64,000 bases of DNA from Acidobacteriaceae bacterium (GTDB lineage Bacteria; Acidobacteriota; Terriglobia; Terriglobales; Acidobacteriaceae), in assembly GCA_028283655.1 (NCBI GenBank), contig JAPWKE010000001.1:25082-89081 (forward strand), written 5' to 3'. Numbering within the stretch: position 1 is the first letter of the stretch; each line of letters opens with the position of its first letter. The translations under genes were made by a program, and so were the position numbers. The notes beneath the pieces are model-generated. The model did no database searches, was not told the DNA's origin, and was given only the letters and a program-made list of their open reading frames with translations. Below are positions 19,662 through 28,719 of the stretch, piece by piece.

Positions 19662-19898
19662 GTGCCTGCTTCACCACAATCGCAAATCCCCGAAGACCTC
19701 GCGCTTGAGATCCGCCGCCTGGCTCATGAGCTGTCTAACGCGCTGGAGATTATCGTCCAGACCAGCTACCTGCTTAGCATGGCTGAGCTGAAGCCGCCTG
19801 CCGACGAGTGGTTGCGAATGCTCGACTCCGGCACCAACAAGGCGCTGGACCTCAACCTCCAGCTCCGTGAGTACATCAAGACGCACGCTGCTCGCTGA
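19662..19898 (+). CDS. stand-alone HisKA/DHp-like small protein (no ATPase domain)
   Basis: GAAGGAG lies 9 nt before GTG 19662. An H-box-like EIRRLAHELSNALEII is followed by a second predicted helix. 78 aa. Confidence 0.6.
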   Translation: MPASPQSQIPEDLALEIRRLAHELSNALEIIVQTSYLLSMAELKPPADEWLRMLDSGTNKALDLNLQLREYIKTHAAR

Positions 19899-19942
19899 GC
19901 GTCTTCTTTCCCGGGCAAGGCGGGCGCATAGCGCTCGCCGTT

Positions 19943-21532
19943 TTACTTTGCGAGCTCGGTGACCAGCGCGTCCATCGCTGCGCGGTCCGCAGAGGAGCCG
20001 GGCAGCCGGTTGTCGGCGAAGATGGCGAAGACCAGCACCGGTCTCCCCGGCATTTCGAGGAAGCCTGCGAGCGAGCGCGACTCGCCGAGAGTGCCTGTCT
20101 TGGCGAAGACATGTCCTCGCAGCGCGGAGTCCTTGAAGCGGCTGTGAAGTGTGCCGTCGACGCCAGCGATAGGCAGCGCGGCCTTCCACTGCGGGAACCA
20201 CGTTTGACGTGCGGCGTACTCAAGCAGAGCGACGGTTGCGCGGGGCGTTACGACGTCCTTGGTGCTGAGGCCGGAGCCGTCGAAGAAGAAGAAATCGTCC
20301 GGTGCCAGACCTGCGTGCAGAAGGAAGGCGCGCTCGAGTTGCAGCGCCTTGCGCAGGGTGTGTTCGCAGTCTTTGGCTGCGGCGATTTGGCGCAGGAGGA
20401 CCTCTGCGTGCAGGTTTTCGCTCTCTTTCAGCGTCAGTACGACGTCCTGCGCCAGCGGCGGGGAGAGCTTCTGGGCCAATACCGTTTCGATGGGTCGAAT
20501 TTCGTCTTCTGCCTGCGTGGTGCAGGGGAAAGGTGTTGTGTCTGTGGCGCGAGAGGGCAGCGGCAGGGGCTCGCGAACGGCATGTTGGAAGGAGCCGGCG
20601 AAGCCCGAATCCCAGTGTTCGGCGCGTGCGTGACCGGTGACGGCGATGCCCGCTGCTGTGGCGGCCTGCCGCATGGCGGCTGCAGCGTACTCGGCGGGAG
20701 CGTCGATGGACAGGTGCTCGTGGTCGGCACCGTACTTCGCGACAACGTCGCCCTGGACACGAAGGACTCGTGAGCCGGGAGCACGCTCTACGAGCACCTG
20801 ATTCTGGCCGAGGTCGGTGTTCAGGACGGCGGTGGCTGCGTCCACGCTGTAGAAGGGAACCGCTGGCTGCATCTCGACCGAATCGGTGGAGGCAACGCCT
20901 TTGGGCGAGTGGTCGGTGATGGTGAGCGTCAGCAGGTTGTCGTGGACGACGAGCGCGGAGGCTGGTGCGCCGTATCCCCAGAGCAGATCTTCGGTCGACC
21001 AGCCTTCGGCGTAGGGGGTGTCTTCGAAGTAGCTGTCGTCGCCGACGACGTCGCCTTCGACGCTCTGCAGGCCTTTGGCGGCTGCGGCCTGCGCGAGGGT
21101 GGTGAAGTCCTGCAGACCGGGGCCGGGCTGCTGATCGTTGGGCTGCCAGGGGAGGTTGTAGCTTCCGGCGAAGTTGGCGTCTCCGCCGCCGCGGAGGACG
21201 AGATCGCCGTGCAGGACGCCTTGATTCAGGCCGCCGCGAGCGACCAGCGAGGTCGTAAAGCGTTTGTTCGGGCCGAGCATGGTCATGGCGGCGGAGGTGG
21301 TGAAGAGCTTTGTCACCGAGGCGGGGTGGAAGAGCTTGCGGGCTTCGTGCTCGTAGAGCACCGTGCCGTCGAGCGTTGCGACCTCGACGCCCCAGTGGAC
21401 GCCCTGCACCTGTTCGCCGTCCAGTATGGGGTTCAGGCGGTCGGCCAGTGTTGTCTGGGCTGTTGCGGAAGCTGCGATCGACAGCAGGGCTGCTGCTGTC
21501 ACTGCGAAAGCTGCGGTGCGTCCCATCCTCAT
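19943..21532 (-). CDS. dacB: D-alanyl-D-alanine carboxypeptidase/endopeptidase (PBP4, S13)
   Basis: SxxK (HPASVTKLF), DGSGLS and KTGTL motifs, plus a signal peptide. Confidence 0.9.
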   Translation of the reverse strand: MRMGRTAAFAVTAAALLSIAASATAQTTLADRLNPILDGEQVQGVHWGVEVATLDGTVLYEHEARKLFHPASVTKLFTTSAAMTMLGPNKRFTTSLVARGGLNQGVLHGDLVLRGGGDANFAGSYNLPWQPNDQQPGPGLQDFTTLAQAAAAKGLQSVEGDVVGDDSYFEDTPYAEGWSTEDLLWGYGAPASALVVHDNLLTLTITDHSPKGVASTDSVEMQPAVPFYSVDAATAVLNTDLGQNQVLVERAPGSRVLRVQGDVVAKYGADHEHLSIDAPAEYAAAAMRQAATAAGIAVTGHARAEHWDSGFAGSFQHAVREPLPLPSRATDTTPFPCTTQAEDEIRPIETVLAQKLSPPLAQDVVLTLKESENLHAEVLLRQIAAAKDCEHTLRKALQLERAFLLHAGLAPDDFFFFDGSGLSTKDVVTPRATVALLEYAARQTWFPQWKAALPIAGVDGTLHSRFKDSALRGHVFAKTGTLGESRSLAGFLEMPGRPVLVFAIFADNRLPGSSADRAAMDALVTELAK

Positions 21533-21566
21533 GCGCCCACTCTACATCCCCGGCTACCATCAAGGT

Positions 21567-22457
21567 ATGTTTGCTACGCGTTCGAGCTTTGATTGGCGAC
21601 TCCGCAGCCGCAGCCTGGCGCTGGGCGAGCGCACGCTTGTGATGGCGATCGTAAACCTGACGCCGGACAGCTTCTCCGGCGACGGCCTCGCGGTGCAGGG
21701 GATGGATGCGGCTGTGGCTGCAGCACTTTCGCAGCTGGATGCCGGAGCCGACATTCTTGATCTGGGAGCGGAGTCTACGCGGCCCGGAGCTACGCCGGTG
21801 GAGGCAGCGGCTGAGCAGCAGCGGCTGCTGCCTGTGCTGGAGGCGATTCTGCGCGAGCGGCCAGAGGCTGTGGTTTCGATCGATACCTACCATGCGGCGA
21901 CGGCGCTGGCGGCTGCCGAGCGTGGTGCGGAGATCATCAACGACGTCAGCGGGCTGACCTGGGATGACAAGATGGCGGGCGTTGTGGCGGCGACTGGCTG
22001 CGGCCTTGTGCTGATGCATACGCGCGGGCGCTTTACCGAGTGGAAGGAGTTGCCGCCGCTTGCGCCGGAGGCGCTTCTGCCGCTGGTGCGTGACGGGCTT
22101 CGCGAGCAGATTGCGCTGGCCAAGGCGTCGGGCGTCGCGGCGGGGAGGATCGTGCTGGACCCAGGGTTTGGCTTTGGCAAGCTGGGTGAGGAGAACTTCA
22201 CGCTGCTTGCCCGGATGGATGCTCTTGCTGCGTTGGAGTTGCCGGTTCTGGCGGGGATCTCACGCAAAGGCTTTCTGGGCGCAGCCGTTCGGCACACGCA
22301 GAGAGCGGAGCTTTCGCTGGCTGACGCTCGCCGCACGGCGACTACCGCTGCGAACGTGGCGGCGATCCTGGCGGGGGCGCACGTTCTTCGCGTTCACGAG
22401 GTGCAGCCAGCCCGCGAGGGGGCTGCGATCGCGGACAAGCTTCTGGCCTCCGGCTAG
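21567..22457 (+). CDS. folP: dihydropteroate synthase
   Basis: TLVMAIVNLTPDSFSGDG, ILDLGAESTRPGA, SIDTYHA, INDVSG, DPGFGFGK and SRKGFLG are present. ATG 21567 lies within track ORF 21363. Confidence 0.93.
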   Translation: MFATRSSFDWRLRSRSLALGERTLVMAIVNLTPDSFSGDGLAVQGMDAAVAAALSQLDAGADILDLGAESTRPGATPVEAAAEQQRLLPVLEAILRERPEAVVSIDTYHAATALAAAERGAEIINDVSGLTWDDKMAGVVAATGCGLVLMHTRGRFTEWKELPPLAPEALLPLVRDGLREQIALAKASGVAAGRIVLDPGFGFGKLGEENFTLLARMDALAALELPVLAGISRKGFLGAAVRHTQRAELSLADARRTATTAANVAAILAGAHVLRVHEVQPAREGAAIADKLLASG

Positions 22458-22566
22458 ATTCTGGCGTCTTCAATTTCTGCTTCCGGCAAGGCGTCTGTTT
22501 GGGGCAAGACGACGGGCGAGCCCGAAGGCCGCCCGTTGCTGGAACTCTGAAGCCGTAGAAAGGCCG

Positions 22567-23151
22567 TCAGATGGTCATGATGTCTTTTTCCTTCGCCTTG
22601 AAGAGCTCCTCGATGCGCTTGATTTCGGAGTCGGTCAGGGCCTGAATCTCTTCATTGGCCTTCTTTTCGTCGTCAGCCGAGATGAGCTTGTCCTTGGCCG
22701 CTTTCTTCACCTGCTCGTTGCCGTCGCGGCGAATGTTGCGGATGGAGGTCTTGTGGTCTTCCACCGTGCCTGCGAGCATTTTTACGGCGTCCTTGCGACG
22801 CTCTTCGGTCATGGGAGGGACCGGAACGCGGACGATTTTGCCGTCGTTCATGGGGTTGAAGCCCTGGTTTGATCCGCGGATCGCCTTTTCAATCGCGCCG
22901 AGAACCGTCTTGTCCCACGGCTCCACGGTGATGGACTGGGCGTCGGGGGTTTTGAGCGTGCCGACCTGAGAGAGGGGCACTTCCGAGCCGTACTGCTCCA
23001 CGCGGATGCTGTCCAGCATGTGTACCGAGGCACGCCCCGTGCGCACGCTAGCCAGATGTGACCGGAAGTCCTCGACGGTTTTTTCCATGCGGGACTTCAA
23101 GCTGCCGTGTACGCTCTTGAGCGCTTCGATATTTGCCATAGCCGATGCCAT
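22567..23151 (-). CDS. frr: ribosome recycling factor
   Basis: HLASVRTGRASVHMLDSIRVEQYGSEVPLSQVGTLKTPDAQSITVEPWDK...VPVPPMTEERRKD. GGAGGAG SD. Confidence 0.96.
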   Translation of the reverse strand: MASAMANIEALKSVHGSLKSRMEKTVEDFRSHLASVRTGRASVHMLDSIRVEQYGSEVPLSQVGTLKTPDAQSITVEPWDKTVLGAIEKAIRGSNQGFNPMNDGKIVRVPVPPMTEERRKDAVKMLAGTVEDHKTSIRNIRRDGNEQVKKAAKDKLISADDEKKANEEIQALTDSEIKRIEELFKAKEKDIMTI

Positions 23152-23383
23152 GCCGTATTTCTCCTCCGTGGATATTCTCCACCAACGCCTGATTGTACAA
23201 AGGACGAGGCCAGTCAGCGAAGGAGAACCTTCCCCGGACGGCTTCCAGCAGGCGTTTCATTCGCCATGAGATGCAGGTTGCCAGCATTTTGGAACGCCTG
23301 GAGGCGGTTCGTTAGGGCGTGGCAGCTTTTTTGCGGGTGTGTGCGTGGCGTCAAATTTCTTCTGTGGCGATGACTTTATAGTG

Positions 23384-23412
23384 TTGACGCCGGTTCTCTG
23401 GCACCATAAACT
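23384..23412 (+). promoter_or_regulatory. candidate promoter TTGACG-N17-TAAACT
   Basis: TTGACG at 23384-23389, a 17-nt spacer, then TAAACT at 23407-23412. It lies about 165 nt upstream of the mini sorting-signal gene. Confidence 0.3.
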
Positions 23413-23576
23413 TCTCGTCAAGCCTGCAAAAGTACAAAAATGAACTTAAGTACAGGCCCTCTGGCTTTTCCAGGAAGCGAATTAAGGCCTTCTTAAAGAG
23501 TCAAGACGTAAGCTGTTTTACAAATTTTCTCCACTCCCCAAGCGCTTTTGTGCGCAGTCTTTGAGGTTTTTACCCG

Positions 23577-23759
23577 ATGAAGAAGATCTTTCTGTACACC
23601 TGTATGGCTATCGTTCTCGGTGCTGCCGCCCGTCCGGCCCTTGCTCAGGATGGTTGCGACAACTCGCCGGAAAATCCGACCGTCATCCTGGCAGGCCTTG
23701 CAGGTGGCGTCTATGGCCTGAACACCCTTCGCACACGTTTCCGCGCGCGCAAGAAGTAA
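23577..23759 (+). CDS. 60-aa exosortase-substrate-like mini-protein (P-E-x-P-T C-terminal sorting signal)
   Basis: MKKIFLYTCMAIVLGAAARPALA is a signal peptide. It is followed by QDGCDNS, then PENPT, a TM helix VILAGLAGGVYGL, and the basic tail RTRFRARKK. It lies directly upstream of the exosortase. Confidence 0.75.
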   Translation: MKKIFLYTCMAIVLGAAARPALAQDGCDNSPENPTVILAGLAGGVYGLNTLRTRFRARKK

Positions 23760-23828
23760 GCGCACAGGGTTCTGTTTTCCGCAGGTTCTCAAGACGCGGC
23801 TCCGGCGGTTCCGGGCCAGTAGTGCCCC

Positions 23829-25436
23829 TTGCCGAAATCTGATTCGACCCCGACTGTTCTAGACCCCCGCATTGCGGTTGCATTGGCTTGCCTTTGCGCT
23901 GCGGTGGGGGTTTTTACCGTTTACCCTTCCGCCCGTTCGCTGCTCGGTATCTGGGGTAGCGATGAGCTAAAGAGCATGGGCGCGGTCGTGCCGTTCGTTT
24001 CTGCAGGCATGATTCTGCGGGTGTGGCGGCGGCTGGGCTGGGAGACCGAAGGCACCTGGTGGGGGTTCGGTCTGCTCGCCGTGACGGTGGCTCTGGTGTT
24101 TGTGCAGGCCCAGACGCTTTTCGTCGTCATGGTGAATAAGAACTGGCTGCTGCAGCTTCCTCCGCTGCCGCTTGTGGCGGTGGTTTACGCCGCCAGTATG
24201 GTGCTGCTCTTCGGCGGTCGCCGTTTGCTGCGTGCTGCTTGGTTTCCTGTCGTGTTTATGTGGGCCGTTATTCCGGTTCCCCAGACGTTTTCCCGCCGTA
24301 TTGATCTTCCGCTGCAGCACGCGTCTGCGATGGTGGCGCGAGGCTTTGCCCATCTGCTGGGCGAGCAGCTAACCCAGGACAAACTCCGCCTGATGTTCAC
24401 GCCGGAGTTTGGCATGTTCATCGCTCCGGGCTGCAACGGGATTCGCGGAGCGATCACGCTGGGCATGGCGGCGTTGGTGGTGGGCTATCTTTACCGCTTC
24501 CGCTGGTATGTTTTTGCTCCGGTCGTTGCCGGGGCGGTGCTGCTGGGGTATCTGTTTAACTTTCTGCGGCTTTGCCTGCTGGTGGTCTGGTACAAACTGG
24601 CGCTGCCGCATCGGTGGATGCAGACGCACTCGAAGCAGGCGGATTACTGCATTGGCGGAACGCTCTTTGTCTGCGCGCTGCTGCTGTTCTTCTTTGTGGC
24701 GAACAGGCTTCGCCGCGAGGAGGACGATGTTCTTCCGGCGGTGGCAGATGAGCCGGTTCGGCGCCCCACGCATGCGCGTTCGTACCTGCTTCGTGTCGGT
24801 GTGGTGCTTGTGCTCTCTGCGATCTTCGCGGCGGACACCTTCCACACGATTCGCGCCGAGCACATGAACGAGATGCAGGTGGAGCCCGCTCCCTTGCCGG
24901 ATCAGATTGGGAGCTGGCACAAAGTTCGCTCGTACGATGACCGCCTGGATACAGGCTGGATCGTCTATATCTGGGGCGATTATGTCTCGGCGGACGGCCA
25001 CACGAAGGTTTCGCTCGGTATCTCTCCGCGCCTTGGCGTGCATGATGTTGAGGTTTGCCATCTGGCACGCGGCGAAGAGCCTACCTGGCACGGTTCTTTT
25101 TCGATTCCGACGCCTAGCGGCCCGGCTGGTTTTACTGCCGCAACGTACAACGACGGCGCGCGGCAATGGCTTGAGGCCTCCAGTGTTTGCCAGGGCGGGA
25201 AGTGCGAGCAGTACTCAGATGAGACCAAACACATCACAATGGTGGTCGCTCCGCCCGAAGGAAGGCTGCCAATGATGTCGACTTTGGGGCCTGTTCCGAT
25301 TCTGATGAAGGTCGAAACCACCGACGCCAATAGCCCCGTCGGCGTGGCAGAACCCCATCTTCAGGAGCAACTTGCCTCATTTCTGCGGGAGGCCGATCTT
25401 GGCCACCTGACCCAGTCTTACGGTCGGCGCCACTAA
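23829..25436 (+). CDS. exosortase fused to an EpsI-like C-terminal domain
   Basis: Polytopic N-terminal half with the catalytic-type motif APGCNGIRGAITLG and FNFLRLCLLV (N..R). The C-terminal part after a TM helix has an EpsI-like LPDQIGSWHK...HDVEVCHLARGEEPTW. TTG start, so the start is uncertain. Confidence 0.8.
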   Translation: MPKSDSTPTVLDPRIAVALACLCAAVGVFTVYPSARSLLGIWGSDELKSMGAVVPFVSAGMILRVWRRLGWETEGTWWGFGLLAVTVALVFVQAQTLFVVMVNKNWLLQLPPLPLVAVVYAASMVLLFGGRRLLRAAWFPVVFMWAVIPVPQTFSRRIDLPLQHASAMVARGFAHLLGEQLTQDKLRLMFTPEFGMFIAPGCNGIRGAITLGMAALVVGYLYRFRWYVFAPVVAGAVLLGYLFNFLRLCLLVVWYKLALPHRWMQTHSKQADYCIGGTLFVCALLLFFFVANRLRREEDDVLPAVADEPVRRPTHARSYLLRVGVVLVLSAIFAADTFHTIRAEHMNEMQVEPAPLPDQIGSWHKVRSYDDRLDTGWIVYIWGDYVSADGHTKVSLGISPRLGVHDVEVCHLARGEEPTWHGSFSIPTPSGPAGFTAATYNDGARQWLEASSVCQGGKCEQYSDETKHITMVVAPPEGRLPMMSTLGPVPILMKVETTDANSPVGVAEPHLQEQLASFLREADLGHLTQSYGRRH

Positions 25437-25494
25437 ATACCGCGTAAGGATTTCGTTCTGCCCGTCGCCGTCGCCTATAATCAAGACTCCACCT

Positions 25495-28400
25495 GTGAGG
25501 CGTTTTTACAGTAGGCGGCGCGGGTTTCATCTTGTTGTATCGAGCAGTGAGGGTGTGGTCATCTTTTCCGGAAAGCCTGTGAGCGCGAGCGCTCTGAACC
25601 GTACGACTCCAGCTGTGCGCACGCGCCCCAGCCGACTCGCCATCCTTTCGACGCTGCTTGCGCCGTGTTTGGCTGTGTTGTCGCTGGCCGTTGCGCCTTT
25701 GGCTGCACGCGCTCAGGTGCGTGCTACGCCGCAATTTTCCGCCGCCAATGCGCCGCAGATTCTCTGCCAGACGCAGGTCGTCGGCAACCGTCGCATCCCC
25801 AAGGAGTCCGTGCTTGCACGTCTCTTCTCGCGGCCCGGCGATCAGTACGATCCGGCGATGCTCGAGCGCGATTTCAACTCGCTCTGGAACACCGGCTACT
25901 TTGACGATGTGCGCATTGAGCGCGCAGATGATCCAAACTGCGTGCAGTTGATCGTCTACGTCCGCGAGAAGCCGACGATTCGCGAGATCAACTACAAGGG
26001 CCTCAGCTCTGTCAGCGTCTCCGACGTGCTGGAGCGCTTCAAGAAGGCCAAAGTTGGTCTTTCGGTGGAGAGCCAGTATGACCCGACGCGCGTGAAGCGT
26101 GCTGAGGTCGTCTTGAAGGACCTGCTCGGTGAACACGGCCATCAGTTTGCTTCGATCCGTACCGAAATCAAGACCATTCCGCCGGCTGCGGTCGCCATCA
26201 CGTTCAACGTGAAGGAAGGCCCGACGGTCAAGGTTGGCAAGATCCAGTTTGAGGGTAACGAGCACGTTGGCTCGCGCGATCTGCGCGCTTCCATGCGCAA
26301 CCTCAAGCCGATCGGTGTTCCGCACTCGATCCTCCTCGAGAACATTCTGCCGCGTACCTATGACGCGTCGAAGCTCGACGAAGATGCTGACCGCGTTCGC
26401 CAGGAGTATCGCAACCGCGGTTATGCCAAGGCGATCACGGGTGAGCCGCAGACGAACGTACGCAACGCCGGCGGTATCAACCCGCTCACGCTGCGTCCTT
26501 CGACGGGCAAGCGCGTTGACATCATGATCCCGATCGAAGAGGGCGAGCGTTATCGCCTCGGCGGTATCACCTTTACCGGCAACAAGATGTTGAACAACTC
26601 CAAGGCCCTGCGCGCGCAGTTTGCGATCAAGGACGGAGACTGGTTCAACGCGACGTTGTTTGGCAAGGGACTGCAGGCTCTGCAGAAGGCTTATGGCTCC
26701 TACGGCTACATCAACTTTGTAGGAACGCCGACGCCTCGCTTCGATGAAGCCAAGCACCTCGTTTATCTCGATATCGATATTGATGAAGGCAAGAAGTTCT
26801 CCATCGCTCGCATCGAGTTCAGCGGCAACACGCTGACGCGTGATCGCGTTATCCGTCGCGAACTGCTGGTGGAAGAAGGCCAGCCGTATAACTCGCAGCT
26901 TGTCGATCTTTCGTTGCAGCGCCTGAATCAGCTCTCGTATTTCGAGAACCTGAAGGCAGACGAAGACGTCGAAACGCGCCAGAACGCTGACGCGGGCACG
27001 GTTGACCTGCTGATCAAGCTGAAGGAGAAGGGTAAGAACTCCATCGGCCTGAACGGCGGTATCTCGGGTATGTCGGGTTCGTTCATTGGCCTGAACTACG
27101 AGACGAACAACTTCCTCGGCTTCGGTGAAACGCTGTCGGTCAACGCTAACCTTGGCGATCTGTCGCGCAACCTGTCGTTCGGCTTCAACGAGCCGTACCT
27201 GCGCAACAAGCCGATCTCGCTGGGTGTACAGGTCTTCTCGACCAAGTACGATTACAACCCGTCGAAGAGCTACTCGATTGCCAACGGCCAGAGCGCGAAC
27301 CTGACGAACGCACAGTCCTCGCTGCTGACCAACTACAACCAGGCATCGACGGGTATTACGATCTCCACCTCGACGGCGCTGCGTAAGCTGTTCCGCATGA
27401 CGGGTGTGGCTCGTGTGGGTCTTTCGTACTCGCTGTCGAAGTCGGGCATTACGACCTTCAACGACAACACGCGCAACGTCTTCTCGACGCTGGCCTTCCG
27501 CTCCGGTATTGCCGGACAGAACCAGCTTGACGGCATCATCTCTTCGATCATTACGCCGAGCTTCTCGTTCTCGACGCTGGATCGTGGTGTTGGACCGCAC
27601 TCGGGTCGCGATTTGAATGTGGCGTTCCAGTTCGCTGGTTTCGGTGGCAATACGAAGTACTTTGCTCCGACGGTTGCGTTCCGCCAGTTCTACCCGATGA
27701 AGGGGCTGAAGATTAACCGCGAAGGCCACAACGTCCTCGCCATCCGCGCCCAATACTCGAGCGTCTATGGCTTTGGCGGTCAGGTTGCTCCGCCGTTCGC
27801 ACGTATCTATGGTGGCGGCGAAAACGATGTTCGTGGTTTCGACATCCGCGCCAGCTCGCCTTATACGCTGATCCCGGTTCGGACGATGTTCAATCTGACG
27901 AACCCGGACGGCACGCTGGTTCCGCGTGACAAAACGAACCCGCTGCTTGGTAACGTGCAGATCCCCGTCCCGGTCTACCGACTCTCGTCGATTGGTGCGG
28001 ACACGGGCATCACGTCGAACATCGAGTACCGTATTCCGATCATGAACCAAGTCACGTTCGACTTCTTCACGGACTTCGGTCTCACGTTCAATACGTCGAG
28101 CTCGCAGCTTCGTCAGAGCGTCCTTGGACTTTCGCAGCTGAACTCGGCGCCGTACGGTTGCGCGGTAGTATCAAACAACGGAACCTGCGATGGGACCCAG
28201 TCTGTCAACTTCCCGCTCTACCTGCCGGCTCTGAAGGGTACGAACTTCGTACCGCGCATGTCGAACGGTGCGGAACTTCAGGTGGTTCTGCCGATCGTCA
28301 ATGCTCCACTGCGTATCTACTATGCTTACAACCCGCTTCGCCTCTACAAGACGCTGCCTCAGCAGCTTCCTGTCTCGGCAGCCGAGTTCAAGAGCTTCTT

Positions 28401-28536
28401 CCCGACGTCGGCTTCGGCCGATCCCACGGGGGCAGGCAACTACACCTACCAGCAGGCGCTGCAATACTACGGCGCAAACTATCAGCTCCGCGAACCGCGT
28501 AAGACCTTCCGTCTGACCGTTTCAACGACCTTCTAG
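25495..28536 (+). CDS. bamA: outer membrane protein assembly factor BamA
   Basis: Five POTRA-like repeats (VVGNRRIPKESVLARL..., IREINYKGLSSVS..., VGKIQFEGNEHV..., LGGITFTGNKML..., IARIEFSGNTLTRDRVIRREL) followed by an Omp85 barrel ending FRLTVSTTF. The start is uncertain (GTG 25495 or GTG 25579). Confidence 0.93.
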   Translation: MRRFYSRRRGFHLVVSSSEGVVIFSGKPVSASALNRTTPAVRTRPSRLAILSTLLAPCLAVLSLAVAPLAARAQVRATPQFSAANAPQILCQTQVVGNRRIPKESVLARLFSRPGDQYDPAMLERDFNSLWNTGYFDDVRIERADDPNCVQLIVYVREKPTIREINYKGLSSVSVSDVLERFKKAKVGLSVESQYDPTRVKRAEVVLKDLLGEHGHQFASIRTEIKTIPPAAVAITFNVKEGPTVKVGKIQFEGNEHVGSRDLRASMRNLKPIGVPHSILLENILPRTYDASKLDEDADRVRQEYRNRGYAKAITGEPQTNVRNAGGINPLTLRPSTGKRVDIMIPIEEGERYRLGGITFTGNKMLNNSKALRAQFAIKDGDWFNATLFGKGLQALQKAYGSYGYINFVGTPTPRFDEAKHLVYLDIDIDEGKKFSIARIEFSGNTLTRDRVIRRELLVEEGQPYNSQLVDLSLQRLNQLSYFENLKADEDVETRQNADAGTVDLLIKLKEKGKNSIGLNGGISGMSGSFIGLNYETNNFLGFGETLSVNANLGDLSRNLSFGFNEPYLRNKPISLGVQVFSTKYDYNPSKSYSIANGQSANLTNAQSSLLTNYNQASTGITISTSTALRKLFRMTGVARVGLSYSLSKSGITTFNDNTRNVFSTLAFRSGIAGQNQLDGIISSIITPSFSFSTLDRGVGPHSGRDLNVAFQFAGFGGNTKYFAPTVAFRQFYPMKGLKINREGHNVLAIRAQYSSVYGFGGQVAPPFARIYGGGENDVRGFDIRASSPYTLIPVRTMFNLTNPDGTLVPRDKTNPLLGNVQIPVPVYRLSSIGADTGITSNIEYRIPIMNQVTFDFFTDFGLTFNTSSSQLRQSVLGLSQLNSAPYGCAVVSNNGTCDGTQSVNFPLYLPALKGTNFVPRMSNGAELQVVLPIVNAPLRIYYAYNPLRLYKTLPQQLPVSAAEFKSFFPTSASADPTGAGNYTYQQALQYYGANYQLREPRKTFRLTVSTTF

Positions 28537-28572
28537 TTCCTGCTTCTAGTTCCTGGAAGTAAGACACAACAC

Positions 28573-28601
28573 AAAGGGCGAGCCGCGATGGCTCGCCCTT
28601 T
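28573..28601 (+). terminator. terminator after bamA
   Basis: AAAGGGCGAGCC-GCGAT-GGCTCGCCCTTT. Confidence 0.7.
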
Positions 28602-28670
28602 GCGTTGCGCTGCTTATTCATTGTGCTGCTTATTCCTTCCGAAGCCTGTTGCTATCTCTCGCGGCAAAGA

Positions 28671-28702
28671 AGCGGCCCACCTGAAGAAGGTGGGCCGCTT
28701 TT
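28671..28702 (-). terminator. terminator after 28720..29727
   Basis: AGCGGCCCACC pairs with GGTGGGCCGCT, with T/A runs on both sides. Confidence 0.65.
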
Positions 28703-28719
28703 GACGGATGGAGCATCCC

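Noticed and set aside
20220-22019. 599-aa minus-strand ORF
   Set aside because: It is an out-of-frame or antisense shadow over dacB and folP with extreme Arg content.
25234-28050. 938-aa ORF on the minus strand
   Set aside because: It is antisense to bamA. The composition is Arg/Val/Asp-rich and low-complexity, as is typical of shadow frames in high-GC genes, with no motifs. The plus strand carries clear POTRA/Omp85 signatures.
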